Source of the DNA: a virus
Taxonomy: Duplodnaviria; Caudoviricetes
Strand: one strand, 5' to 3'
Length of the DNA stretch: 64,000 bases
Virus record (IMG/VR): IMGVR_UViG_3300005805_000071
Coordinates: 14,519-78,518 of that record
A program made the translations under genes and the position numbers. The stretch's first letter is position 1, and every line of letters starts with the position of its first letter. Positions 19,146-34,100 of the stretch are shown here, piece by piece. The notes under the pieces are model-generated. The model was given only the letters and a program-made list of their open reading frames with translations. It did no database searches and was not told the origin of the DNA.

Positions 19146-22100
19146 TTATACCTGATCAAATGTCACAGCATTAGTATCCCAAGAAGCCTCATTATCATCA
19201 AATTTAAACTCAAATCCTTCTGGAGGTGGTGGAACATCATATACTATATCAACAGTAGGATATGCATAACCAGATCCCCTGTTATTTACAACAACTCTAG
19301 AAACACCTACCTGTGCTCTTGCTTGAGCATCAAATCCAGTTAAAGAGTTGAAGGATATGATTGGTTCTGATGTATATCCTTCACCACCAGAAGTTAACTG
19401 AATATTTTTAATTCTTCCATTAATAATTTCAGTTAAAGCTTCAGCACCATTTCCTAAAACACTTCCAAGATAATCAAAAGTTATTAATGAATTCGAAGAT
19501 TCGATAACCGCAACAGTTCTATCTTCAAGTTCCCCTTCTATACGTAATTTATCTCCAATTTCAACTGGAGGAATTACATCTACAGAAATAACATCAGTAT
19601 CAGAACCAATATAAGAGAATGCAACAAAAGTAGAACCAGCTCTGGGAACCTCAGCAAAAATAACTCTAGAACCAACAAGTTCAAATGCAACACCAGGTTC
19701 CTGAATAACTCCATTTAAGGATATAATAATATTATTTTCTGGTCTAATTGTTGATGATTGAACTCCATCGGTAAGTGTTAGTGAATAGAAAGAATCATTC
19801 AACTTCAAGTTGAAAGTACTTCTAAGTGAATCAAATTGGAATCCAATATCATCTAACTGGCGTAATTTTCCTAGATATACTGCACTAAACAATGATCCAA
19901 TTGTAGGTGGTTCTGAGAATTGAACAGTATCACCAAATATAGTATAACTGGATCCAGGTGGTTGTAAAACACCATTTAAGAATAGTAATAAATGACCGTC
20001 TTCTGGTGGGAAATAAGGATCGCCATTATTTTCAGTTAACGCAAAAGTATCTTGTATTCCATTAAATCCAACAAAAGATCTAGAAACTCTACCAGCAACT
20101 TCGACTACGTTTGTAACCGCTGCTCTATAGTTATATGAAGCAATAACCTGAGAATATGGGGAAAGATTGCCAACAACATTTCCTAGATATAGTCGATATC
20201 CTAATCCAATTTGAGATATCTTAGTTATTGTTGCATATGATTCTGTTGCAGTAATTAATACATTACTTATAGTACCACTTCCAGATGGGAAAACTTCACC
20301 GTCGTCAAAATAGGAAACTACGTTACCAGTAACAAAATCATCTTCTGTAAAATTAGCAACATAGATATATGCTTGAGAGTCATTATTAATAAGTTCTACA
20401 TTTAGAATTTTTGCGGAACTTGTTGTAGGAATAAGACCATTCACTTTAAATAATGTAGATCCAATTGGGAATTTTGAACCAACCTGAGCATTTATATCAA
20501 CCGTTAGCCTTACTGTTCTTGTTGTTCTAATAATATCATTTATACCAACAAGAGTTCCTTGAGGATCAACAATATCAATATAATGAGAAGTATTATTTGA
20601 ATATACTAATCTAGAAGGTAAAAACTCTCCTTGCAATGCTTCAGTCTCTAGAGTTAATTTGGAACCAGTATTCGATAAAATTGGACATACATTATAATCA
20701 AAATTATTTGAAGTGAGATCAGCACCAGAATATAATCCACTGATATATTCATCAGATCCAAACGATCCTATAACATTTACTAGTTGAACTCTATTTGTAA
20801 TTGATGTAATTGTAGCTAAGTAACCATTATCATCTATTAGTGTGTGACCTACCGAGAACTGTCCAGAAGTCATAGACACATCGATATAGCTAACAAATTC
20901 TCCGTTTTCAGTTGATACTATAGTACCAGTGGTTCCAGGGAAACCCTGTCTAGTTACACTTGTATTATGTGAGAATACTTCATCAGGATCATTATATTGT
21001 ATTTCTAATCTACGAAGAATATTTTTAACATATCCCCTATTATTAATTATAGATTCAACTTCAGCAAATTCACCGCTAGTAGATCCATAGATATAATCTC
21101 CAACAGATAAAGATCCTTTAATTGGTGTAAATGGTTCTCTTGAAGGATATGATTTTTGTGGGACAGATAAAGAATTTACACCAATAATTTGATTTATCTC
21201 TATATAAGAGGAATTATTCAATGTACCTAATAAAATAGACATATTATCAGTAATGAAATTCTGGATTTCTGTCAAATTCGATCCAGTGATACTAATATTT
21301 GGATCTGTATATGCGTATTGTCCAGAAGCCGTTGCTGGAGAAGTTAGAGTTTCCGCAACTGCAAGTTTCATATAATCCAATACTCTATTATATGCATATA
21401 TACTTTGAACTAACTCTCCCTCCAAAGATACAATCGTTCCAGTTGTAGCATCGATATAGGATAACGTAGCATTCAGTATACCAGTATTGCCGTTAGTAAG
21501 TAAATCATACACAATAGCATCAATAATATATCCCATATCACGTAAACATTTTGCATTTCCACCAGGAATACTAAAACTTGGATATTGGTTTAATGTTCTT
21601 TGAAGTGATTCGTACTTAATATATTCTTTATTAAATAGGAGCAGTTTAGCTGCATCTCTGTATAGTTTATTTGCATTGCTTTCCGACTGTCTAGTAACAT
21701 GATTCATGTTACCATTGGTTACAGCAGTAGTTAATATTGAGAATAGTGTGGTAATTGATGATGCTACGTTAGCGCAAGTTGGATTGCTCGGATCCACCTC
21801 AATCGTATTATCAATGACTTGAGTAAGAGATGAATAACCACCAATAGTAATGGATTGATTACGCATAGCTTCAATTGCCATGTCTCTTGCTTGATTGAAA
21901 GCATAATTCGATTGAATTTGTTCTCCAGAGAGATATGAATTAATTGTATATACTTGAGAATAATCGAAGGTACGAGCATTACCACCATTTCTCAAATCAT
22001 AGATTATAGCATCTAAAATATCTACAATATCATCAATACAATTTTGATTACCATTAGGAATTGTAAATGCTGGATATGCATTTAACATTCTACCAACAGC

Positions 22101-25100
22101 AACTTCAGCAATTAATTGTTTGTTAGATTCAATTAAGTTTGATGCATCATAATATCTTCCGAAGAACGAATTTCTTTCTGGTATGAGAATACCAATACCA
22201 ATATTGAATAATGTATCTATAGTTGCCTTTATTCTTTCGCAATTTCCACCATAAGTTCCATCATCAGCAGGGATAGTTAAGTCTTTATATTTTGGTGCAG
22301 TCGCGCCATAAGTGGTAGCATATTCCGAAGATGTTGTACCGCTAATAATCCAGTTATCAACTGCATACTGAGAAAGTTCATTAACCTTTTCAAATGCTAT
22401 TACAGTTTGTAGAAGTTCATCTTTTACATATTCTATTTCTGCATTTCCGATATAGAATTCCATAGCACTAATAATATTATCATTACCACCTGTTAACATG
22501 TCTGCAATTATAGAAGGGATAATATAATCAGTTATATCTCTTTCACATTTAGATGAGTTTCCATTTGGATATGTTAATGCAGTATAATTAACTCCATTCA
22601 ACTGATATGTGAAGTAATTTTCAATATAACCTGTTGCTTCTTGTGCAATAAAATTACGATTAAACCATAATTGATTAGCAGCATCTATATAAGCTTGATC
22701 TACTGGCGACAGTATAGTATTAATAAGAGTCCATAGGGAATCTATTGCGGACCTAACATCTGCACAAGCACCAGGATCTACAATAACATCATAAGGAGGA
22801 ACTGGTAATATATCTGAATATAATGGTGTATCACTTAAATTACCTATAACTGCATCCTGACATAACTCACTCATCTGAGTATGAGCATAGAGACTTTGTA
22901 GAATCTGTAGTTTTATAAATCTCAAACCACCATTAGAATCTAGATAGAATCTTGCTGCAGTTGTGGTATTATAATTACCACCCACTTCAATATCTTCTGC
23001 TACAGCATCCAATAGTAATGATAAATCTAATTTACAACGATTAGTTCCTTCAATATTACCTCCCTCATCTCCAGGAATAATCAGATCTGGATATCTAGAT
23101 TTCATTCTACCAGCAGCTTCTTCAACAATATGAGCAGCATTTAATCTAATTAAATTTGCAGCGTCTCTAAATCTATGTCTATTATCGAGGTCTATTTGAC
23201 CAGTGATAATTTTCTTATTGTTTGTCTGTATTTGATTAACAGTGAACGGAACAGTTAAATACTGTGATGTTACAGCGGATACTGATCCAGAAGTTATTGT
23301 TTCACCCAAATTGAAATCACCAGATTGATTTCCTAAGAAAAGTGTTTTAAGTGCATAATTTATTCCAATAATCTCTGCTGTTTCCCCTGAATCTGAACCA
23401 GTTATAATATCTCCCTGGAAGAAATTACCTCCAGAAAGAGTGTGATATGTTAATCTCTTGGATACAATAATTTCACCAGAAGTAAAATCATCACTTTCAT
23501 TAATATAATTAACATATAAACTCTGCAATAAATCATTTGCAATTACATTAGTTCCTGTATTATAATTAAAATCTAAAACTATATTAGTAATATCTTCAAA
23601 AGGAACGAAGTTTATTTCATATTTCTGCTCATCATCTTCGATATTTACTACTTCAACAACACTATTACCAATATCATCCAAAATTGTATTTGGTCTATCT
23701 GGAATAATTTCTCTAGAGAATATCAATCCTGTAAAAGTGCTAGGATCACTAATAGAAATTGACGAAATTGGTTGTTCTGTTGAAGGATCTAAATATGGTG
23801 AAAGTGTTGTAATTCGTGCAAAAACTCCTGTTCTTGCACTTAAAATATAGTCACCTATATCTAAATCTAATACGCCTGATGGATTTAGATAAGTTCCTGA
23901 AGTTTTACTAATTGTAATCTCATTTGTAACAATATTATTTGTCGTATTAAGATTAATTTCTTCAACAACAGCAGTATCTTTAGTTGTGTTAGTTATTACT
24001 TCTTCAAATTGATAAATGTTATCAACGTTGAAGGTCTCTTGAGATACTAGGATTGCATTCATTCCTGTTGCAGTTGAGATGATAACCTCACCATTCTCAA
24101 ATCCATCTCCAGTTATATTATATACTCTTAGTGATCCTGATGTTGATTGAACAATGTTGGCTGTAGTATTAGTAGTAATACCTCTAATTGATCCACCAAA
24201 TTCAGGTAAAATTCCAGATAGGTTTGAAATATTAAGAATTTGAGTAGGAACAAATTGCAGTGTCAGTTTAGCATAGCTAATTTTTGTTGGAGCAGCTGGA
24301 GGTTCAGTGAAAATTATATTTCCCTGCTGTACTACGAACGAAGATCCTGGAGGTTGTATAACACCATTAATAGTGATTAAGAACTGACTACTATCTGCAA
24401 TAACAGGTTCTCCTAGAATTGTTAGTGGAAAAGCTGTTCGTTCTCCATCAAAGAGATTGGAAATATCATCTAGTCTTTGTACGACAGATGTTAAAATTTC
24501 TTCAGATGTAGTTAATTTTTTGTTTCTAAATAAAACTTGAGTGTTATCAAAATCAGAGTATACTGGCTCAACAATAGCATAGTCTTGAATTGTTGAAACA
24601 ACAGAACTTTCAATTAAATTAACGCTCTTTGTTAATTCAAATTCAGTTTTATTCGTTATTCCTTTCTTATTCTCTACAAGATCAATTTCACCAAAAACTT
24701 TAAAACCAGCAGGATGCACGTTTTCAATTAAAGTTTCTCTCCATAGTTCAATTGGAACTGGTGATTTTATATTGTATGAGAAGTTTTGATATAGGTATGA
24801 ATCTTGTATTTTTTGTACAATTTCTCCAAGTTTTCCTACATCCGAAGTAAATTTACCTGCAGTTGTGGTTGTTGAATCTACCTCAAGAACTCCCTTTGCA
24901 TTACTAATACTATCAATTATTCCACTGGCTTTTGAAATTAAACCAGTTACAGGTTGACCAACTGTAAATACACCATCTATATTTACAATTTTAAGAAGTC
25001 TTGGTCCAATTTGCCACCCATCATTAGTAGATACATATGCAGTTGCAGTTGCATTTTCATAAGTTTCACCTTGATAAATCAATTCACCTGATAAAAATCT

Positions 25101-28100
25101 TCCAACTTCAACAATAGATTCTGCCGCTCCACCAAAAGAGTCGGTAAGAATAATCTGTCTTCCTGTACCAGCATTTACAAAAGAAATATAATTACCACTA
25201 ATAGCATCTTGGGGTGTTAATGCGACTCTTAGTTGCTCATCTTCAAGACCATTTTCTAGTCCAGTAATAGCATAATAAGTTTGATTTGGATTTATATAAC
25301 CAAAAGAAGTAAGAGGGAACTGAGTTCCTTCACCAACATCTTGATTTGTAAATGTTATTTCAGATCCACTCACAATTCCATGTGGGAATGAGAACTGGAA
25401 TAAACCCAAATCAATGTTAACAACGTAAGTAAATGCAGACTTCAATGAAATAGTTGGAGCTGTAGAATAACCAGATCCAGTTTCTTTAACAATAATAGAG
25501 CTAAGTCTACCATTTCTAATTTCTGCTATAGCTGTAGCGCCAGATCCGCCGCCACCTTCAATTACTACTTCTGGTGCAGTAGTGTAACCAGTACCAGGAT
25601 TAGTAATCTTAATACCACTAATTACGCTAGTACTTGTTAATTGTAAGTTAAGAGGGAATGTGATTTCTGGTCTTAATGTATAGTCATGGGTGTAATTAAA
25701 TCCATAATTATTATTCTTTAAATTCTTAATTTTTCCAACTTGAGTACCCTTAGTGAATATAGATGCTCCAGAACCAAATGGGGGAATTTCAACTTCTAAA
25801 ACAGCACCAGAACCACTTAAAAGTGGACCAAGAATACCATCAATAGCATCAACATCAATATAAGCTTGTGTGTACCCTTTTCCTGGATCTGTAATGGTTA
25901 CTTCAACAATTTGACCAGCTGGATCTGTAGTTCCATCAACCAAGATTGAAACTTTTCCACCATTACCATCACCCAAGATAGGAATACCAAAGTATTGTCC
26001 AGCTGCATATTCGCTACCAGGTTCTATGATATTGACTCTTTCAATCTTTCTACTTGATTCAATTCCAGAAACAACAGGAAGTTTTTTATAAAATCCTCCT
26101 CCACTAATTAATTTTATAGACGAGATAGGTCCAGAGTCTTTCAGTGATTCTGTCGAATATGAAGATGATGCCGTAGTAGCGTTCTTTTCTGGCTCGTATG
26201 CCAAATTAAATTTAAATACATTTGGACCTTGAGTAATAGATCCACCATCTAAATCTGTAACTACAAATTTACCAATATAAGGACTTAATTGAATGTCTAG
26301 ATATGAATCGTTAGTAACTGGTCCATCAGCAGTTAGATTGGATGGATCAGCATAGTAAGTAATATTAGAAACATCATCCGTAATCTTAAACGAAATATAA
26401 GGAGATGCTCCAGGTTGATCAAATCCAGGAGTACCACGTCTAACAATATTTTTGAAAGTATATTCAATCTTATACAAATTATCTCTATAGAAAGATAGAT
26501 AATGTCCCTGCATCGAAGGATCAGCTGTATCAAATGTATATTGCTGTCCGTAAATAAATCTAAATACTGGAGTTTTAACGTAAACTGATACAGTTTGAGC
26601 ACTTGTAATATTTGATACTGGAATATCTCTCAATTCCAGGATAAATTCCTTTTTGGATATAACACTATGTACATCAAAAGTTCCATTTAGAGGTTCATAA
26701 TTTACTGGAGATACTTGACAATATACTATATCACGAGTTTTTAAATAATGACTAGTTGCAGTTCTAACAAATATTAAATCGGTGTTATTTTTAGTATCGA
26801 TCTGTAATACCTTAGTTAAATTTGTGATAATACTTATTTTAGTTACTGCGGTAAGATTTGTGATCGTAGCTTCTTTTCTATCACTAGTAAAAGAAATATC
26901 ATTACTGCTAATTGTTACAATTGATCCAACAACGTAAGATGATCCCTGAAGAACTTCATCAATTCTAATCAAATAGTCATTATCAGAATAATCTTTAAAA
27001 ATTCCAAAAATTTCATTAGGAATTTCAATATCAAAAGTTCCTGGTGTTGTATTATTTACTTCTGCAAAAACATATCCTTGAATTTCATTTACAAAATTAT
27101 CTGAACTTTGTAAATAACCAGTTGTCTCTGAGAATGACCCAGTTGCATCTCCAACTATTAGGTCATTATTTTCTAAATCTTTATCAATAATTCTTGCAGT
27201 AGCAATAATAGCACCAAGATTATTTCTTTGATATAGAGTTGTTCCAACATTAAAATCAAATCCTTGATTCAAAGTTAATCTAAGAACATTATCAGTTTTT
27301 TCTGTCTGGAAATGTTTAAAGAAGAATTTATCAAAAGTTTTAGCACGAACCTTAACCTTACTTCCTCCAACTGTAGGAATCGTTGCCGTTCTGACTGACC
27401 ATTTATCAAGTCTAACTGTTGGGATAGCATAATCTTGCGCTAATCCAGAAATAGCATTATTAAAATCTAAAATCTGCAAACCTTCTGGTGCTAGAGTATA
27501 TGTTGATGATGAAATAATAACATCTTGCTCAGCAGCATTAGGAGTATACAATGATCTAGTGATTGCTATATCATTTGTAGTTAAGTTAATAGTACCTAAT
27601 CTATCTGCATCAGCATTTTTATCCGTCTTAAATGAAAGACCAGATGGATTTCCGTAATCTGCTTTTAAATATCCTTCTGTTGGTACTCCAATAGTAGGAT
27701 ATGAACTATACCTAATATCATCAATCTTCATTGGCCAAGATTGATATGCTGTTGTTGATCCAAACTCAATCGTAGATGGACTTACATTTACGTTTTCTGA
27801 AATTGTTGCAGATAGAGTATCATTCCAATATAGTTTATATGTACTTACTCCTGAATTATATTCTTTTGTTACCTTTAAATGTACCCAATCAGTAGTTAAA
27901 TCGGTAATATGTGTAGATGTTGATGAAATCTGTGATACTGTAGCACCATCATTACTTAAACGAATTTTACCATATGTAGATGGTGAAGAAGTGTCAGCAA
28001 ATACAACAACTCGTACTCCATTTACACCATCAGTAGCTCTTATTAATACTGGAGTTTTTGCAGTTGCAGTATTATCCCACTTAATCCATTCTTCAATTGT

Positions 28101-31100
28101 CCAATCATTAGAAGTATTTGTTAACGATCCTGCCGTTAACTTTGCATTTTGAGTTACTTCATAAGATCCTGTTCCATACTTAGTATCTACACTGATATTT
28201 ACAGTTCCGCTGCTTGTTAAATCTAGTGATCTTTCTGTAATATCTTCATATGCGTTTTCTGCATTGAATAAGAATTGGGTTCTATTATCATATACAGTTC
28301 CCAATATAATGGGATCTCCAGAAACATCTGATATACAAGCAGATGTTTCAAAACCTTTTACTAAAGATGAAATCTTGGTTGATTTTAAAACTTTTCCATC
28401 ATACCTAAATTTAAACACACCAACTTGCTTAGTACCATCTAAATTGTTATTAATCGTGTATGAAACATTGACATCACCAAAAATGTCGATGGAACACTTA
28501 CCACAAGAAATGTCTACCGCTGGAGCAATTGTATTAAAACGATTTTTTACGATAGATCCGTCATTTGCAAGTCTAAAAAACTGTACAATATTTTTTACAT
28601 TTGTTATCGTATTTTTTACTGCAGATGTGATATATAATTCATCATTTTCATCAATAACAGACGATATATTATTGAATGAATAATTTGTTATACTAAACTC
28701 CTTAGTCCATTCAACTAATAATCTATTAGATGAGAGATATAATTTAGATACTAAAATATTATTTACATTTGAATTACCAACTATAAAAATATTACCATTA
28801 GAGTCAACATTTATAGAATGTATTTTTTCTTCTAAAGATAATGAGGTTAGTTTTCTCTTGGTGATTAAATCTCCAGAGCTATTCATGTATAGTAATATAC
28901 CATCATTAATACTGGTAGTATTTGTATTAGTATACCCAGTAACAATAATATTTTCATTTAAACATACAACGTCAGTAGCGTAATCTGCTCTAGTTATTCC
29001 ACTAATACCTGCAAACTCTCTTTGCCATGAGAGAGAAACTGTAGAACCTGTGGTATTTTCAGTATATCTAGCAATTATAATATCAGGGTTAAATACTGAA
29101 TTTAAGTTGCCATTTGGTTTAGTTATTCCTACGACATAGATTTTATTATCTTTTTTCTTTACAGATACCAACTCACAGTAATTATTTGGTGTTCCAGGTT
29201 GCGTAGAAGATAGTGATTTTGTCCAAACTACTGTTCCGTCTGAAGATAATTTTTGTAAGAATCCATGGTAGTTTCCATCAGGTAATTTTACTTTACCAAC
29301 AACAATAGCGGTCTTGTCATCAGAAACAATACCATTAAGAATAGTAACCTCACCGTTAGTTGTATTGTGAGAAGTGTAATAGTAATCAGCTTTCTTCTTT
29401 GTTTGTGGGTGTGATACTCTAACAATTGGATCTGTTAAGTAACCATCACCAGAATTTATAATGTCAAAATTTTCAATGACACCATTAGAAGAAACTACAG
29501 GAGTAATTTTTCCATACTCGCCAGTTGGAGATTCGATATTAACAGTAGGAATTTCATCAGATAAGTATCCAGTTCCAACTTGAGTTACTTCAACTCTCTC
29601 AATTCCTCTGATTGACTTAACGAGAATTGTTTTTGAAGTTGGTTCCATTTCTGGAACAGTATTTAATGTTACAATATCACCTACAATTAGATTATGAGGT
29701 TCTGATGTTGCAACTCTACCTTTGAATACATCTTCTTGATTATCATATTCATATGTATATGATGTTATCTGCTTTCCTTTAATTGAAGAAATTCTTGCAG
29801 AAGCACCGTAACCAGCTGTACCCTCATTATCAAATACTAATCTATCACCAACCTGATAATCATCTCCTTCATTTTCAATTAAGAATCCACTAATTTTAGC
29901 ATCTTCAAATTTAGTAGTTGTGTTAACTTCAATATCTACTTTTGATGAAATATTAATTTTTGGGAAGTAATCAAATACTTCTAATCTATCCTCTTCAAAA
30001 ATGACATCAGGATCATCTATTTCACTCTGATCAATTATACCATCTTTATTTTCATCTTCAATATCAAAGGTTAGAAAATCTCCATTTTCTAATGTTAAAG
30101 CATTTGTAGATTCATTTGGTTGTCTTTCAACATCAATGTCAACATTTTCAAAGGGAGTTCTATAACGAACAACACCAGTAGGTATATTTGATTGTGTAGC
30201 AAATTGATTTAAGTTCCATAATTCTGGACTTGAATTAAACTCTGGACCTAAAACATATGGGAACTTGGATTGACCAGCAGCATCTATAGTAACAAAATAA
30301 GCATATGTTCCATTTGGATACTCTGGTGTTTTTGTAAATCTTCCATTATATTCATCTAGATAAACTGAAAGACTATTGAATGTATATTCATAATCTTCAA
30401 TGAAAGTTCCAGCTGGATATTCTGATAGATCTGGACCTTCAATTCTAGATGGAACAGGATTGGTGTTTTGATCGAAAACTAGATTTGTTTTTAAAACGTA
30501 ACTACTTTGAATAGGTACTATACTGCTGGATAAATTTGTAGGATCACTTAGTCCATAAGGTCCGTATATGGGATTTCCATCAAAAGCCCATCCTAAGATT
30601 GGTGAATGGAGTACGGATTCTCTCTCAATCAATTCACCATTAACAATATCGATATTATCTCCAAGAACATATCTTAATTGTTTTGGATTTGAGATATGTG
30701 CGTATTCTCCACCAAACTGGTTATTAAAACCTTCAAAGATAGATCCATTTGCATAGTCAAATGTAGTAGTTTGATTTAAATTAAAAGTCCATTCGAAAAT
30801 TTCAGACTCAAACTCGGCAAGTTCTCCAACAGATTCTAATCTAATTTGAGTTGTTCCTTGAACATATCCAATACCACGATTTACAATTTCTATACTAATA
30901 ACTCTTCCTGAATCTACTCCTTCAGTTGAAATGATAGCTCTAGCTACAGCACCATATCCATTTCCAGTTATAATTACCTTTGGCGCAGTAGTATAACCAG
31001 TACCAGCAGCAATAATAGCAATAGAAATAATTCTACCATTACTTACATATGCCTGTGCAGCTGCCCCTTGACCACTACTAATTGACACTTTTGGTGGAGA

Positions 31101-34100
31101 TGTGTAGCTTGTTCCTGGATTTGTAACTACAACTTCTTTAATTGGACCTCTAACAACTGCTCTTGCTTCAGCACCAACACCACCTCCACCAGTAATAGTT
31201 ACTATAGGTTCGGATGTATATCCAGATCCAGGAGTATTTAATAGAATATTTGTTAATCTTCCATTAGTGACCACAGCAGTTCCAGCTGCACCAATACCAT
31301 CAGATCCATAAATTGAAACCAAAGGTGCATCGGTATAACCACTACCTCCATTTAATACTTCAAATCCAATAACGGATCCATCCACCACTACTTCTGCAGA
31401 TGCATTTTGTCCACCACCTCCAGAAATAGTTAAAATAGGAGGAACAGATGCATCATAATCTTTTCCAGAATTGGTGATATTTACAGATGTTACTGGACCA
31501 TATGGTAGTGTTTTGGTTGATTTGTAACTCCAAATAGAAATACCATTAACAAAACTTCCAATAGGACCTGGTTTTATAACAGTTTTTAGTGATATTGTAT
31601 TTGGTATTCTTGGGAATTTGTATAACTTTCTTTGGTTTCCAGGTAACAATGCTGTACCTGGGAAAGGACCAATTTTATAGTTTGGAATTCCAGATGCAGC
31701 AACATAGACATCAGTATCATTCAAGAATGTATTTTGAATATTTGAGGGGTATTTGCTAATAGTATTATTGATAGTATCATTATCACTCTTTCCTGTATTC
31801 AGGTCAATTGATATTAGAATATTTCCTTGAGGATCTGCAACTGCAGGTTGAGGTATTTCATATTTAAATACTGTATCACTTTCTCTTGCTGTTACCAAGA
31901 AAGATCCATTATATACAATAGGATTTGCTCCATATACAGTGAATTTATCTCCAACCAATAGACCATGAGGAGTATCAGTTGTCACTGATACTGTTCTATT
32001 GTTAAGACCACCAAAGGTCATATCTTCTACTTTAAGTAGTTTTTTGACATTATATAACCAACTAGTAACAAGTTCGGATGTGTCATCAGTACCTAATTTG
32101 GAAATTGAAAGTTTATCTCCCTCTAAGTAGTAGTTACCATCATCAATGAGAATCGTTTTATTTGCATCAATAATGCCTAGTATTGACAAGATAACTTCAT
32201 TAGAAGTCCCCTTATTCAAATAAACATAAACGTTAGAAACGACTTCTGTTCCAGCATCCCACTTTGTTGGTTCAGTACCATACAGTCCTCTAGTACACTC
32301 AATAAATTGAGTTAAAGTTTTTTCCTTATATCTAATAATTTCTGATCCAATAATCACCTCACCATTTCTGTCTGGCCAACCAATTGTAGAGTCAACATTA
32401 ACTATCAAATCTTCAGGATCTACTCTTTCAATTAATTTTGTGCTGTATGGAATAACAAATTTACCAACAACACTTTCTTCAGATAAAATTAATTCATATA
32501 CATCATAAAACGCTGTCTGAATAGCTGTATAATTTTCTACTAATGCACTTGCATATGAAACGTTTGTATCAATAGGATCATCCAACTGCTCCATTAAGGA
32601 GTCTTTAATATTATTAGGATCACCAGATATTAATTTTGCTCTCAATACAGTGTCTACAGACCAAGTTGACGCTGATGGTTTAATAATTTGATCTTTAGGA
32701 TATGTTACCGAAACCGATTCACCATATAGTAATTTAAACAAATATTTTACTGAATTTACTGTTCCCTTTGATGCATAAAAATCCTTAATAGTACTCAATA
32801 CATTAGAAATGTTTAGTGTATTTGTATCTAATGATGGTAATCCTGGTAAATATTGCTCACAAATTCTATCAACAATTTTCTTAAGAAAAACGCTATCGAT
32901 ACTAATTACTGAAGCATTTGCTTTATGTACAGTTGGTATAGATTCAGACTCTTTTTTAAATACAACATCATTTATATCATATCTTAATAAACCGCTAACT
33001 CCTCTGCTGCAATTAACAAATTCAGATTTGATATATCTTTCCCCATGATTGATCAGTTCAAAACCAGTTATCTGATCTTCACCAATTTCAGCAGATACTT
33101 TAGCTCCTACTGTTGGTGAAATATAAACCTTTGGTGGAAACTGTCTTGAATATCCACTACCAAAATCGGTGATATTGATATCAATAATTTCACCATTAAA
33201 TATTGCTGCGACTGCTTTTGCTCCAGTTCCACCAATGAAATTTCCTAGATTATCTTTTCTTTCATCAACAATGTAAATACTTGGTACATCATTATATCCA
33301 AATCCACTATCTAATAGTTCAATATTAATTACTCTTCCAAAATCATCTACTTCAACATCTAATATTTGTGCCCCTGTTGGCTGTACAACTTTTACTCTAG
33401 GCGGATTTAGATATGAATATCCTCTTCCAGGAGCTAAAATATTTACCGCAACTAAAACTCCATCATCGTTAAGAACTCCCTCTGCTACAGCTTGAATGCC
33501 ATTTGAATCTTCTGGTAAATCGATATAAATGTGTGGAGCAACGGTATAACCAAATCCACCAGAAATTACTTCAATACTTACTAGAGAGTCTCCATCCACA
33601 ACTGGATTACCAACTTCCGCTCCATATGGATTTACGATTTGAACCCTAGGAACAAAATCATAACCAGATCCGCTACTAGTCAGATTAATAGATTGTATTG
33701 AACCATCAGTATTTACTGTAACTTCTGCGGTTGCTTGTTTACCTTCTGGATTAGTTGGCGAATTAATTACAACAGAAGGAGGATTTGTTTGTGAATATCC
33801 ATATCCACCATCCAATAATGTTAGTTTGGTTATCCCTCCAACTAAAGCTGTAGCCGTTGCATTGATACCTGAACCACCAACTATAGTTACCTGTGGAGTA
33901 TTTTCAATCTTATATCCACTACCACCAACTCTAGGAACGATTTTTTCAATTCTTCCTTGATTGTCAACAACACTAAAAGACTCTGCTCCAGATCCGACCG
34001 AAACTAAATTTGCATTGATGTATCCTACATATATACTTTCTCTTGGAGCAACTTTAAAGATTATATTATTTTGATAAATGCTATAATCTATTGATGGCAT

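Noticed and set aside
14204-33900. Gly-rich GGGG/GSGY repeats as collagen or as coding G-quadruplex signals
   Set aside because: No Gly-X-Y periodicity; these are the usual beta-rich baseplate modules.
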